A stretch of 64,000 nt of DNA from Eubacteriales bacterium (GCA_045632405.1 JAZQWO010000018.1:4832-68831), one strand, 5' to 3'; positions 25,679 through 34,375 are shown, counted from the first letter of the stretch. Notes: generated from the letters alone by a model not told the origin. A program made the numbers and translations.

Positions 25679-27793
25679 ATGAAAAAGAAAATTTTACTGT
25701 CTGTTTTCGTTTTCGCTTTGTTCTTGTTTGTTCTTGTGCTTGGTGTCAGCGCGTCAACCATATACAAGGATGCGGACGGCAATGAGCTTTTCCGCTATGA
25801 AGTGGACGGAAACAACATTATCACCACCTACGAGGGTGAATTTCCAAAGGTTGACAGTGAGGGCAACGCCCTTACCTGGTACGTGACTGCCACCACAACA
25901 GAGGGCAGTAATACCGTAAAAACAGTTGCTTCCTTTAAAACTCTTGATGAGGCGTATGCTACCTTGAATGAAAACGGCGTTTACACCTACAAGAGCGGAA
26001 CAGGGGCTACAAACAGAAACATTGTTTCTGCATTTTTCCCAAGCAATATGGGAATTAAAAAGCTTAATCTTTCCGACTCGGGATACAGAAACGGCTACAA
26101 CTATAATCCGGGCGGCACTGAAATTCTGTTCGTATATTTACCAAATACCTTGACAGAGCTGCCTGAGCGTATCGGTCAAGGCTCAAAGATGCTTATTTGC
26201 GATATGCCAAGTGATATGCCCATTGAGAAAATTTCTCATGTTGCCTTTCACTCTTCAAAGTGTCTGCGCGAAATAAACATTCCCGACACTGTTACAGAAA
26301 TTGCAGGCAAAAGCCAAAATGACGGCACCGCCTTTTTTGAGTGTGTGTCACTGGAAAGAGTAACATTTACTGAAAATTCTCAGCTTACTACTATCGGACA
26401 TATGGTTTTCCATAAGAACTATAAGCTCTCATACATTAAGATACCAAACAGTGTTGTATCTATCGGTCAGCACGCCTTTAGCTCCACAGCCTTGGTTGAA
26501 AGCCCATTTAGCGAGGGCTCCCTTTGCACAACACTTGGCGGCAGATGCTTTTCCAATATAGCTACACTTGAGTCATTTATCGTGCCTGCAGGACTAACAA
26601 AGGCGGACATCCTCGGTAGCGAGGACTACGGACCCTTGGCAGAGTCCACCGTTGGGCTCGTTACCTTTGGCAACGCAAAGCCAATAACAACCCTTTTGCC
26701 AAGCTTTTTTGCAAGGGCTATCATTGACAAAATTGTCTTGCCCGAGGGTCCAACCAACATCCCACGCTTGTACTTCACTTGTGCAACGTTAGGTGATGTT
26801 TGCTTCTCCGACACTATTGAAACTGCCTCTGAGCGCGTTTTTCAGTCCACTTATGTTGAAATTATCCGCTTTGGCGCTAACTTCAAGTGCTTTGTTAACA
26901 ACTATGATGATTATCTCAGCTTTACAAATGTCACAAAGGGCGTTAAGGAGATTTATTTGCCTGCATCCTTCTATGCACAGGCACCGAGCACTACATATCA
27001 CGTTGGCTACGCCTTTGCATTCGGCAGCAGTGGCAACAATATTAAGTTCTTCTACGCAGGAACAGAGGAAGAGTTAAACGCGTCAATTACCAACTTCAAA
27101 AACGGAACAAAGGCATCTGGCACTGAAAACTGGAAGTTCACAGGCGCAACTATCAAGAGCTATGAGGAATATGTGGCAGACCCGGAAAGCTTTGCAAGCG
27201 GCAACTACATTTTCTGGGGATATGACCCCTGTATGGCTTTCTGCACTCCCTTCTATACAGAGGACACCGTGCGCGAGGCTACAATGGTTTACGAAAGCTA
27301 TCTTACAAGCGGGCTCAAAACAACAGTGTGCCCACGTTGCGGAGCAAATGACGGTGGGGAGACAACTCCTGCCCTCTTTAACTGTCTTGGCTATTCCGCA
27401 TCACAGTTTGGCACAGGCGGCATTTCCGTTTGTTACGTTGCAAACAAGGATGCAATAGCAGAGTATGAAAGAGTAACCGGCAAGACAGTTTCCTACGGTG
27501 TTTTTGCCGCTTCTTATGATAAGCTTGGAGCAAATGATGCGGTAGCAGCAGACGGCGCATTTGATAAATACGTTATCGGTACATTAATCAGCGGCTCAAT
27601 AAACAATGCCTTTGAAATCAAGGTAGCAGGCTTTGCAAACGAGACACAAATGAACGCCAAGCTCATTCTTGCCGCATACGTAATCACTAAGAAGGACGGA
27701 GTAGGTGTTGTTTCCTATATGCAACCGAACGCTCCGGCAAACGGTGAGCGATATAGCTACACCACATATAACAGCTTATTAAAAGCAGAATAA
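25679..27793 (+). CDS. Secreted leucine-rich-repeat (BspA-like) surface protein with a C-terminal Cys-motif module
   Basis: Signal peptide; repeated LRR units (..I.IP.SVT.IG..AF..C.SL..); C-terminal CPRCG...LGYS...YERVTGKTVSYGVFAAS module. Confidence 0.7.
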   Translation: MKKKILLSVFVFALFLFVLVLGVSASTIYKDADGNELFRYEVDGNNIITTYEGEFPKVDSEGNALTWYVTATTTEGSNTVKTVASFKTLDEAYATLNENGVYTYKSGTGATNRNIVSAFFPSNMGIKKLNLSDSGYRNGYNYNPGGTEILFVYLPNTLTELPERIGQGSKMLICDMPSDMPIEKISHVAFHSSKCLREINIPDTVTEIAGKSQNDGTAFFECVSLERVTFTENSQLTTIGHMVFHKNYKLSYIKIPNSVVSIGQHAFSSTALVESPFSEGSLCTTLGGRCFSNIATLESFIVPAGLTKADILGSEDYGPLAESTVGLVTFGNAKPITTLLPSFFARAIIDKIVLPEGPTNIPRLYFTCATLGDVCFSDTIETASERVFQSTYVEIIRFGANFKCFVNNYDDYLSFTNVTKGVKEIYLPASFYAQAPSTTYHVGYAFAFGSSGNNIKFFYAGTEEELNASITNFKNGTKASGTENWKFTGATIKSYEEYVADPESFASGNYIFWGYDPCMAFCTPFYTEDTVREATMVYESYLTSGLKTTVCPRCGANDGGETTPALFNCLGYSASQFGTGGISVCYVANKDAIAEYERVTGKTVSYGVFAASYDKLGANDAVAADGAFDKYVIGTLISGSINNAFEIKVAGFANETQMNAKLILAAYVITKKDGVGVVSYMQPNAPANGERYSYTTYNSLLKAE

Positions 27794-27811
27794 TTATAAA
27801 GGAGAAATATT

Positions 27812-28261
27812 ATGGCATTTTGTACTAATTGCGGTGCTCAGGTTGAAGAGGGCGCTGCCTTCTGCACATCCTGCGGCACATCACTCAACACACAGAACAA
27901 CACAACACAAGCACAGACAGTCAACGGCGCATACGGCTTGGGCGGTGCTATCACCTCAGCAATCCTTGGCTTTGTGGGATTTATCTTTGGCATAATTTCA
28001 TACATATTTGGTATGGGCGCAGCCTTGGCAGGCGACGACGATGTCGCAATTGTAGCGATAGTGCTTACTGTAATTGCATTGGCGCTTGGCGCAGTTGCAT
28101 TGGTTCTTGGCATTAAGGCTATTGGCGACTTCAAAAAGGGCAGAGCCTTGGGCGCAAAGCCAATCGGAACACTTATCGTGGGCATTGGCGGCACTGTTTT
28201 CGCAGGCTTTACACTTCTTTTCGCAGTTCTTGCTTTTATGATGTCGGCAGCCGCTCTTTAA
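27812..28261 (+). CDS. Zinc-ribbon membrane protein
   Basis: MAFCTNCGAQV..FCTSCG, then 3-4 TM segments. Confidence 0.6.
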   Translation: MAFCTNCGAQVEEGAAFCTSCGTSLNTQNNTTQAQTVNGAYGLGGAITSAILGFVGFIFGIISYIFGMGAALAGDDDVAIVAIVLTVIALALGAVALVLGIKAIGDFKKGRALGAKPIGTLIVGIGGTVFAGFTLLFAVLAFMMSAAAL

Positions 28262-28278
28262 TTAAAAGTAAATACACA

Positions 28279-28305
28279 AAAGGTCAAGCACTGCTTGACC
28301 TTTTT
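28279..28305 (+). terminator. Intrinsic terminator
   Basis: ggtcaagc act gcttgacc then TTTTT. Confidence 0.7.
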
Positions 28306-28353
28306 GATTTAGTATGATAGAATAATAGTATATGAAATTTTGGAAGAGGAAAA

Positions 28354-28521
28354 ATGGAAGCAAGATATTACGAGGTTACAAAAATAGAGGGTGAGTATGC
28401 CTATATCAAGGAGAGGGAAACGGGCGAGGAGATATTTATCGCGTTGTTTTTGCTACCCGAGGGCATCGACATCGGAACTAAACTAAAATACGAAATGTTA
28501 GAATACGAGGTAATTGAATAA
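28354..28521 (+). CDS. 55-aa protein (DUF3006-like), not in the ORF track
   Basis: MEARYYEVTKIEGEYAYIKERETGEEIFIALFLLPEGIDIGTKLKYEMLEYEVIE. RBS gaagagg. TAATG overlap with the next gene. Confidence 0.45.
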   Translation: MEARYYEVTKIEGEYAYIKERETGEEIFIALFLLPEGIDIGTKLKYEMLEYEVIE

Positions 28522-29381
28522 TGAAAAAGGTTGCAGTTTTTATGCTTTTCGGTCAGTCCAACGCCACAGGCCACGCAATGCCAATGGATGAAAAGGACAT
28601 AATCAAGGAGCCACTTAAAAATGTTTTCGGCTTGAACAGAGAGCCAAATCAGTCATTTGACACAGAAAAATTGAAGTTTACAGGCTACACAAGCTACGGT
28701 ATGAACCTGGCGGAAAATCAGGACAACACATACTCTGTTGCAAACTGCTTGGCAAAAAGATGGCAGGCAGACATTGACGCAGGAGTGGAGCTGCCCGACC
28801 TTTATATCATTCATATTTCCATAGGCTCACAGGGCGTTTACGGTATGTGGAGCCCACACAGAGCTAAAAAGCTGATTCCGGGCAAGCTGGGTGACTGCGA
28901 TATTTCTATGTATCCTCTTGCTATACACGTGCTTGGACTTATGAAAAAGCACTTTGAGGCAAATGAGCTTGAGCCTGACTATGTGGGTATTCACTGGCGC
29001 GGCGGCGAGCAGGAAACCTGGCAGCACACCAATCAGCTCAAGGGCAGACTGAAGGATGATTATCTGACTATTTTCGGTGGCTTGCGCCAGGTGCTTGGAG
29101 AGGATGCGCCAATCGTGCTTCATAGAATGCCATTTGTGCAGGTTATGAAAAATGCAGACCCAAGCGGCAAGTGCCTTGACAGTATGAACTATATAAACGG
29201 CTTGTTCTATGAAATGGCAGAGGAGCTTCCAAATGTGAGCGTCTTTGACGTAAGAGAATGCCCATTCTATGACGAAAACGCTTGGGACTGTAACATTTTC
29301 CGTTGGGACCTTATCCATTACCAGGGCAGAACAAATGACTGGGTGTCAAGCGCTATTTTAGACGAGTACAAGAGCAGATGA
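28521..29381 (+). CDS. Sialate O-acetylesterase-like (DUF303/SGNH) carbohydrate esterase
   Basis: N-terminal FGQSNATGHA motif (GQSN block). Confidence 0.6.
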   Translation: MKKVAVFMLFGQSNATGHAMPMDEKDIIKEPLKNVFGLNREPNQSFDTEKLKFTGYTSYGMNLAENQDNTYSVANCLAKRWQADIDAGVELPDLYIIHISIGSQGVYGMWSPHRAKKLIPGKLGDCDISMYPLAIHVLGLMKKHFEANELEPDYVGIHWRGGEQETWQHTNQLKGRLKDDYLTIFGGLRQVLGEDAPIVLHRMPFVQVMKNADPSGKCLDSMNYINGLFYEMAEELPNVSVFDVRECPFYDENAWDCNIFRWDLIHYQGRTNDWVSSAILDEYKSR

Positions 29382-29517
29382 AATAGTGAAAAAACAAACA
29401 CATAAGGCGCAAAAAGTTGACACGCAACCGTAGGTTAGCAAAAAGCAACCGACGGTGTATTGCATTTTCAATCCGCCTGTGATACACTGAGGGTACTACA
29501 AAAAGGAGAGAAACAAA

Positions 29518-30018
29518 ATGAAAAAAATATTATCACTTACACTTTGCGCATTAACCGTTATAGTTCTTGCTTTGTCACTTGCAGGATGCACAGACACGCC
29601 TTTTGAAGCTGAAACATATCTTCAATACGGTAAAAAATACACTTATGTGTATGACGAAGAGGATGAAGGTGACGAATATCATTATAGAGATACGTATGTG
29701 TTCAATAAGGACCAAACTGGAACATTTACAGTACACCGCACCCGTGACGATTTTGCAAACGCTGGGAAATACAGCTGGGTCCAATCCTATACCGTAAAAT
29801 TCAAGTGGAAATGGATAGACCGTGAGCAAACAGGCTTCTATATTTTTGAAACAGAGCATATCTTCCACGAGGACCACAATGATGACAAAAAAGCATCAAT
29901 TTCAGACTTGCCATTTATTATAGGTGAGGACTTTGTATCTGTGTCAGGTGGCAAAATCTACATTCTTGAGGACTCTGACGTATTTGGCGTTGAAAACGAG
30001 CTTCATAACAAAAAATAA
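29518..30018 (+). CDS. Lipoprotein, unknown function
   Basis: Signal peptide with lipobox LSLAGC. Confidence 0.55.
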   Translation: MKKILSLTLCALTVIVLALSLAGCTDTPFEAETYLQYGKKYTYVYDEEDEGDEYHYRDTYVFNKDQTGTFTVHRTRDDFANAGKYSWVQSYTVKFKWKWIDREQTGFYIFETEHIFHEDHNDDKKASISDLPFIIGEDFVSVSGGKIYILEDSDVFGVENELHNKK

Positions 30019-30041
30019 TTACTTTAATAAAGGAAAATTTT

Positions 30042-30290
30042 ATGCTTAATAAGAAAACTGTTTTTAATTTTGTATATACCATTGGCATCATTGGATTGAT
30101 AACAACCTGCATTGGCTTTTTGAATGAGATTATGGGCTTGGTGCAGCTAATGTGCGGTATTGTTGTAGAAAATCTGTGGTACACCGGCTGGCGTGAAACA
30201 GTTATTTTCTGCTTCTACCTTGTGGCCTTTTTCATAAGCGCATTTGTAGCAACCGTTGCAATTCTTAAAAGATTTGGCACATTAAAGTGA
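30042..30290 (+). CDS. Small membrane protein
   Basis: Two or three hydrophobic segments; no recognisable domain. Confidence 0.4.
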   Translation: MLNKKTVFNFVYTIGIIGLITTCIGFLNEIMGLVQLMCGIVVENLWYTGWRETVIFCFYLVAFFISAFVATVAILKRFGTLK

Positions 30291-30329
30291 AAAAAAACCA
30301 ACCTCATTTGCATAATTTGCTGTGCTATT

Positions 30330-30545
30330 ATGCTTGTTTTGTCACTTGCTTTGGTATATATTCTTATGAGAAAAACATCCCAATGTCCGCAATATCTGAA
30401 TTATCGCTATTATACCTTAAGCTACCCCTTGCGCACAGGAGCTATGTCATTCATTGCCTATTTTGGTATCGTTTTAGGCTGTGATATAATCGAAAAAAGA
30501 TGCAACAAAAAGCAAGTAGAGGAGCAGAAAAGCGACGAGGAATAA
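30330..30545 (+). CDS. Small membrane protein (frame and start uncertain; overlaps alternative ORF 30287-30484)
   Basis: Hydrophobic segment followed by the charged tail KRCNKKQVEEQKSDEE. Confidence 0.25.
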   Translation: MLVLSLALVYILMRKTSQCPQYLNYRYYTLSYPLRTGAMSFIAYFGIVLGCDIIEKRCNKKQVEEQKSDEE

Positions 30546-30642
30546 TAAAGCCTAAAAATCAACTCTTGGTTCAGCCTTGAAACTGTCGGTTTGTTGATTT
30601 ATACAAAAATGTATGGTACAATGAGATAAAGAGGTGATTTTT

Positions 30643-31419
30643 GTGAAAATAAGAGCAATTTTATTTATAGCTCTTTCCATAGTATTTACGGTGGGTTGTT
30701 GTTTTTTTCTTGTCGGATGCATACGGAGCTACTCGGATTTTGGTGGCGGGTATGAGGAGCTGCAATATCAGGTACTGACCTTTGAAGGCTACGAGAATGT
30801 GGAAGGCGAAAGAGGCGGCGCCTCATATGCTATTTACTTTCGGGAATATTCAAAGCCATTTGCCATTTCATCAATAACACAAAAGGAAGTAAAAAAGAGC
30901 GCTCTTTATAGGCTGGAGAAAAATGACAGGGTCAGTGTATATTTTCAAAATGATTCGTCCGAAAAATATGATTTTTCCATTTGTGAGCTGAAGCTGGGCG
31001 CAACAACTATTCTTAGCCTACAGGACTATCAAGAAGCAAATCAAAGTAATCAAAGAGACGGTATAATTGTTTGTAGCATAATGGTTGCTTTTGGCTTACT
31101 TTTGGTTTTTATATCAGTGCGCTTTTTTGTAAAGCTGATTAAAAAATATGAAAGTGAATTGGGCGAATTGAAAATCGAATATACGAAGGACGGAAATGTT
31201 ATCCGCATATATAACAAGCCAAGCGTTTGTTCTTTGGAAATAAACGGCACAGTTGTGGGCAGATATTTTGGTTATGTGGCAGCTCCGTTTTACTTGTCAG
31301 GAATGGTGCTTGACAAAAACGGACAGGAAATTTCCGTAAAAGCCACAATGGGCTCTTTGTATATCCGCCTTTATTATGGCAACGAGCAGGTTGGCAAAAA
31401 ATTTATGGGATTAGGATGA
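30643..31419 (+). CDS. Two-TM membrane protein, unknown function
   Basis: Start moved to the GTG at 30643 (RBS aagagg plus 8 nt). N-terminal TM and a central TM. Confidence 0.5.
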   Translation: MKIRAILFIALSIVFTVGCCFFLVGCIRSYSDFGGGYEELQYQVLTFEGYENVEGERGGASYAIYFREYSKPFAISSITQKEVKKSALYRLEKNDRVSVYFQNDSSEKYDFSICELKLGATTILSLQDYQEANQSNQRDGIIVCSIMVAFGLLLVFISVRFFVKLIKKYESELGELKIEYTKDGNVIRIYNKPSVCSLEINGTVVGRYFGYVAAPFYLSGMVLDKNGQEISVKATMGSLYIRLYYGNEQVGKKFMGLG

Positions 31420-31470
31420 TCGGGAGCCCACTCCCGGAGGGAGCCTTTGGATGCGCTCGTAAAACTTTAG

Positions 31471-31533
31471 GGGTATGGGCTTTGCCCGATGCCTTTGTAT
31501 AACAAAGGCGAAACTGGCGATAAAGATAAGAGG
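31471..31533 (+). repeat. Structured 5' element, family D, copy 1
   Basis: gggtatGGGCtttGCCCgatGCCTTTGTataaCAAAGGCgaaactggcgataaag, directly upstream of the ATG at 31540; second copy at 55331-55392. Confidence 0.8.
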
Positions 31534-31539
31534 TGTTTT

Positions 31540-31869
31540 ATGAAATATTTTGTTCAAAATTTTCAGAGAAACGGCAGTTGTTATCATGAATTTTACAAAG
31601 GAAAATGGGACGAACACACTTTTTGGAAAAGCGATTCGATATTTTTGCATGACGATGTTATGACAGACGGATTTGTTGAAGCAATTATCGAAGTGGTTTC
31701 CACATACGACCCATTTGGAGAAACAGAAATATCGATTTTAGAATGGCATGAGATAGGGAAAAAAGTGTTAGAAAAGGACATAACGTCGCAAGAACAATAC
31801 AAAGAAGCAAACGATTGGTGTGCGAAGGTGTTTCAGGAATATAAATGTTTTACTATTCTTGGCATATAG
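31540..31869 (+). CDS. 109-aa cytosolic protein, unknown function
   Basis: Start at the ATG at 31540 (RBS aagagg); Trp/acidic-rich small protein; no domain recognised. Confidence 0.5.
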   Translation: MKYFVQNFQRNGSCYHEFYKGKWDEHTFWKSDSIFLHDDVMTDGFVEAIIEVVSTYDPFGETEISILEWHEIGKKVLEKDITSQEQYKEANDWCAKVFQEYKCFTILGI

Positions 31870-31883
31870 CCGCACAATAGAAT

Positions 31884-31920
31884 TACCCCCGACAGACATT
31901 AAAATAATCTGTCGGGGGTA
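31884..31920 (+). terminator. Terminator hairpin (start of repeat family E, copy 2)
   Basis: taccccc gacaga..tctgtc gggggta then tctctttgtttttt. Confidence 0.65.
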
Positions 31921-32040
31921 TCTCTTTGTTTTTTGCGGATCAAATATTGCTTATCCGTAGGGGCGTTCTTTGAACGCCCGCGGGCGAATACAGTTCGCCC
32001 CTACCGTGTATCAGGCAAACTTCCTTATGAGAAGGAGGCT
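31884..32040 (+). repeat. Composite intergenic repeat, family E, copy 2
   Basis: Hairpin, then tttgttttttgcggatcaaat, then GC palindrome 31957-32004, then caaacttccttatgagaagg. Confidence 0.75.
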
Positions 32041-32082
32041 TTAGGCTTGGTTTTTTCATATAAGCGAACTAAATCTATAAGC
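32038..32082. repeat. Direct repeat of the rnpB terminator/3' end (partner at 32353-32397)
   Basis: gctttaggcttggttttttcatataagcgaactaaatctataagc versus gctttaggcgatggtttttcatatagttaaactaagtctataagc. Confidence 0.75.
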
Positions 32083-32342
32083 TGGCGACAAAGCAAAAAC
32101 AATTAAGTATTGTTTTTGGTGCAGGAGCTTGCCAAAACAGTGGGAGTGGCGAGTTGAGTGTATCGAAACGAAGGCAGTCGCGTATGTTTTGAGCATGTAG
32201 CGAGAAAGAAAATGATTAAGTATCATTTTCTTCGAGCGAAACCGCCCAAAGCAAGGCGTTGGCAGAGTGGAGTGAACGACACGAAAGACAACAACTATGC
32301 GACGGTGGAGAGGCACAGAACACGGCTATGAAAATTAAAAAG

Positions 32343-32371
32343 AAAAACCACCGCTTTAGGCGATGGTTTTT
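32343..32371 (-). terminator. Intrinsic terminator of rnpB
   Basis: Minus strand: accatcgcc taaa gcggtggt then TTTTTcTTTTT. Confidence 0.65.
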
Positions 32372-32379
32372 CATATAGT

Positions 32380-32747
32380 TAAACTAAGTCTATAAGCCGT
32401 GTTCTGTCATTTAAGACGGTCATCTATCTTTGCTCCGTGTTGCCACGAAGCTCCGCAAATGCGTGCCACCCGGGGAAACGCCAAATGGCTTGTCGGGCAA
32501 ACAAGATTTTCCCCATGCGGTGTTGCTTCGGATAGGGTTTACACCCACCCCATGTTACCATGGGCTGTCGTGAGCTCTTACCTCGCGTTTTCAACCTTAC
32601 ACGGCGAAGCCGTGCGGTAATTTTCTGTTGCACTTTCCCTAAGGTCACCCTCGGCTGACGTTATCAGTTATCCTGCCCTGTGAAGCACGGACTTTCCTCA
32701 CCGTAATACCTTTCGGCAACATACGGCGCGACCGCCCAACTTAGTTC
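32380..32747 (-). ncRNA. rnpB: RNase P RNA
   Basis: The minus strand reads ..GAGGAAAGTCCGTGC.. near the 5' end and ..ACAGAACACGGCTTATAG.. near the 3' end. P1 pairing is GAACTAAGT/ACTTAGTT. A perfect TTGACA-17-TATAAT promoter ends 7 nt upstream. Confidence 0.9.
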
Positions 32748-32754
32748 GTTTTTT

Positions 32755-32783
32755 ATTATAGTGCAAAAAAACCGTTTTGTCAA
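32755..32783 (-). promoter_or_regulatory. Consensus sigma-A promoter of rnpB
   Basis: Minus strand: TTGACA, 17-nt spacer, TATAAT. Confidence 0.65.
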
Positions 32784-32857
32784 GAAAGAATTACCACATA
32801 TATTTCACGCGCATATGATAAAAATAGTAATAGATAACTTTGAAGGGGTGCATTACT

Positions 32858-33052
32858 ATGAGCACAGACAACATACCGAAGCTTCCTTTAGGTCTGCAAA
32901 TGGCGCTTGCGCACAACGTCCCTGCCATGCAGACATTTCTCGGCTTAGAGGACAGGGAGCAGGATGAGCTTATAAAAAGGGCAGAGAAAACAAAAACACA
33001 AAGAGAAATGCAAAAGCTGGTGGACAATATACCGAGAATTCGCCTTGAATAA
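32858..33052 (+). CDS. 64-aa protein, unknown function
   Basis: Start at the ATG at 32858 (RBS gaagggg). MSTDNIPKLPLGLQMALAHNVPAMQTF... A terminator overlaps the stop. Confidence 0.45.
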   Translation: MSTDNIPKLPLGLQMALAHNVPAMQTFLGLEDREQDELIKRAEKTKTQREMQKLVDNIPRIRLE

Positions 33053-33067
33053 GGCGAATTTCTTTTT
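33036..33067 (+). terminator. Intrinsic terminator
   Basis: gaattcgcctt gaat aaggcgaattt then cTTTTT. Confidence 0.65.
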
Positions 33068-33068
33068 G

Positions 33069-33097
33069 TTGACACTGGAAAATATATGTGCTACAAT
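33069..33097 (+). promoter_or_regulatory. Sigma-A type promoter
   Basis: TTGACA, 17-nt spacer, TGcTACAAT. Confidence 0.5.
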
Positions 33098-33132
33098 ATA
33101 TAATGAATAAAAACGGTCAAAAGGAACGACAA

Positions 33133-34368
33133 ATGAAAGAATTACTTTGCCCTGCAGGCAATTTTGAAAAAATGAAGGCGGCAATTTTGTACGGTGCTGA
33201 TGCCGTATATCTTGCTTCCGATATGTTCGGTATGCGCGCGGCGGCTGACAACTTCTCCTTAGAGGAGCTTGCCGAGGCGGTTTTGTACGCTCACGAAAGA
33301 AACGTGAAAATATACGTTACCGTCAACACTATGCCCCATACCTGCGAATATGAAAGACTAAAAAAATATTTAAAAGCATATGATGAAATGGGAGTGGATG
33401 CTCTTATCATTTCTGACATTGGCGTTATCTCCTTGGCAAAGGAAATAATCCCCAATATGGAAATACATATTTCCACTCAGGCAAGCATAGTTTCGGCACA
33501 AACCGCTACCGCCTTTTACAATATGGGTGCAAAGCGCGTTGTGCTTGCCCGCGAGCTTTCTTTAGAGGAAATCAAGGAAATCCGCGCCAACACACCCCCC
33601 GACCTTGAAATTGAATGCTTTATTCACGGCTCTATGTGCATTTCATACAGTGGCAGATGCTTGCTCTCCAACTTCTATACAGGCAGAGATGCAAACCGCG
33701 GCGCTTGCGCCCAGCCCTGTCGTTGGAATTACACAAATGCGACACCTCTTGCCTTTGCTGAGGAAAAGCGCTTGGGAGATAACCTTTCCATTGAGGAATA
33801 TAAGGAAGGCTCCTTTGTTATGTCCTCAAAGGATATGTGTATGATTGAGCATATTCCCGAGCTTATGGAAAGCGGTATTGACAGCTTTAAAATTGAGGGT
33901 AGAATGAAAAGCGCATACTATACCGCCATTTGCGCAAATACCTATAAAATGGCAATGGATGAATACCTTAAAAACCCAAGTGAGTATAAATACAATCCCC
34001 TTTGGTTGCGCGAGCTTGAAAGTGTTTCCCACAGAGAATATGCAACAGGCTTCTACTTTGATAACCCGATGGAAAACCCACAAACCGTTACTCAAAACGG
34101 CTATCTGCGCGAAAAGGCATACCTTTGTGTAGCCACGGGCGAATATGACGGCGAATTTGCTTGGTTTGCACAGCGCAACAAGATAATAGAGGGTGACTCC
34201 TGTGAGATTATAACCCCTGGTCAGTGCGGCAGATCCTTTGTAGCGACAGAGCTATATAACGAAAATGGCGAAAAAATCGAGTCCGCTCCGCACCCATCAA
34301 TGAAATTCAAAATGCGCGTGCCCTTCCCTGTTAAGGCGGGAGATATTGTGCGCTCAAGCGACAAGTGA
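33133..34368 (+). CDS. Peptidase U32 family protein
   Basis: Start at the ATG at 33133. ELLCPAGN..AAI.YGADAVYL, ..FIHGSMCISYSGRCLLS.. and GRDANRG.CAQPCRW are U32 hallmarks. Confidence 0.8.
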   Translation: MKELLCPAGNFEKMKAAILYGADAVYLASDMFGMRAAADNFSLEELAEAVLYAHERNVKIYVTVNTMPHTCEYERLKKYLKAYDEMGVDALIISDIGVISLAKEIIPNMEIHISTQASIVSAQTATAFYNMGAKRVVLARELSLEEIKEIRANTPPDLEIECFIHGSMCISYSGRCLLSNFYTGRDANRGACAQPCRWNYTNATPLAFAEEKRLGDNLSIEEYKEGSFVMSSKDMCMIEHIPELMESGIDSFKIEGRMKSAYYTAICANTYKMAMDEYLKNPSEYKYNPLWLRELESVSHREYATGFYFDNPMENPQTVTQNGYLREKAYLCVATGEYDGEFAWFAQRNKIIEGDSCEIITPGQCGRSFVATELYNENGEKIESAPHPSMKFKMRVPFPVKAGDIVRSSDK

Positions 34369-34375
34369 GGATTAA

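Noticed and set aside
31471-32040. Integron-type gene cassettes with attC sites
   Set aside because: No integrase (intI) or attI is present in the window. The conserved elements lie on both sides of the ORF with a terminator-like 3' hairpin, not a single attC with R''/L''-L'/R' symmetry. The observation is kept only as 'cassette-like framing'.
32399-32648. ORFs 32399-32620 (+) and 32424-32648 (-)
   Set aside because: They lie inside the RNase P RNA gene, which is supported by universal rnpB motifs, a consensus promoter and a terminator.
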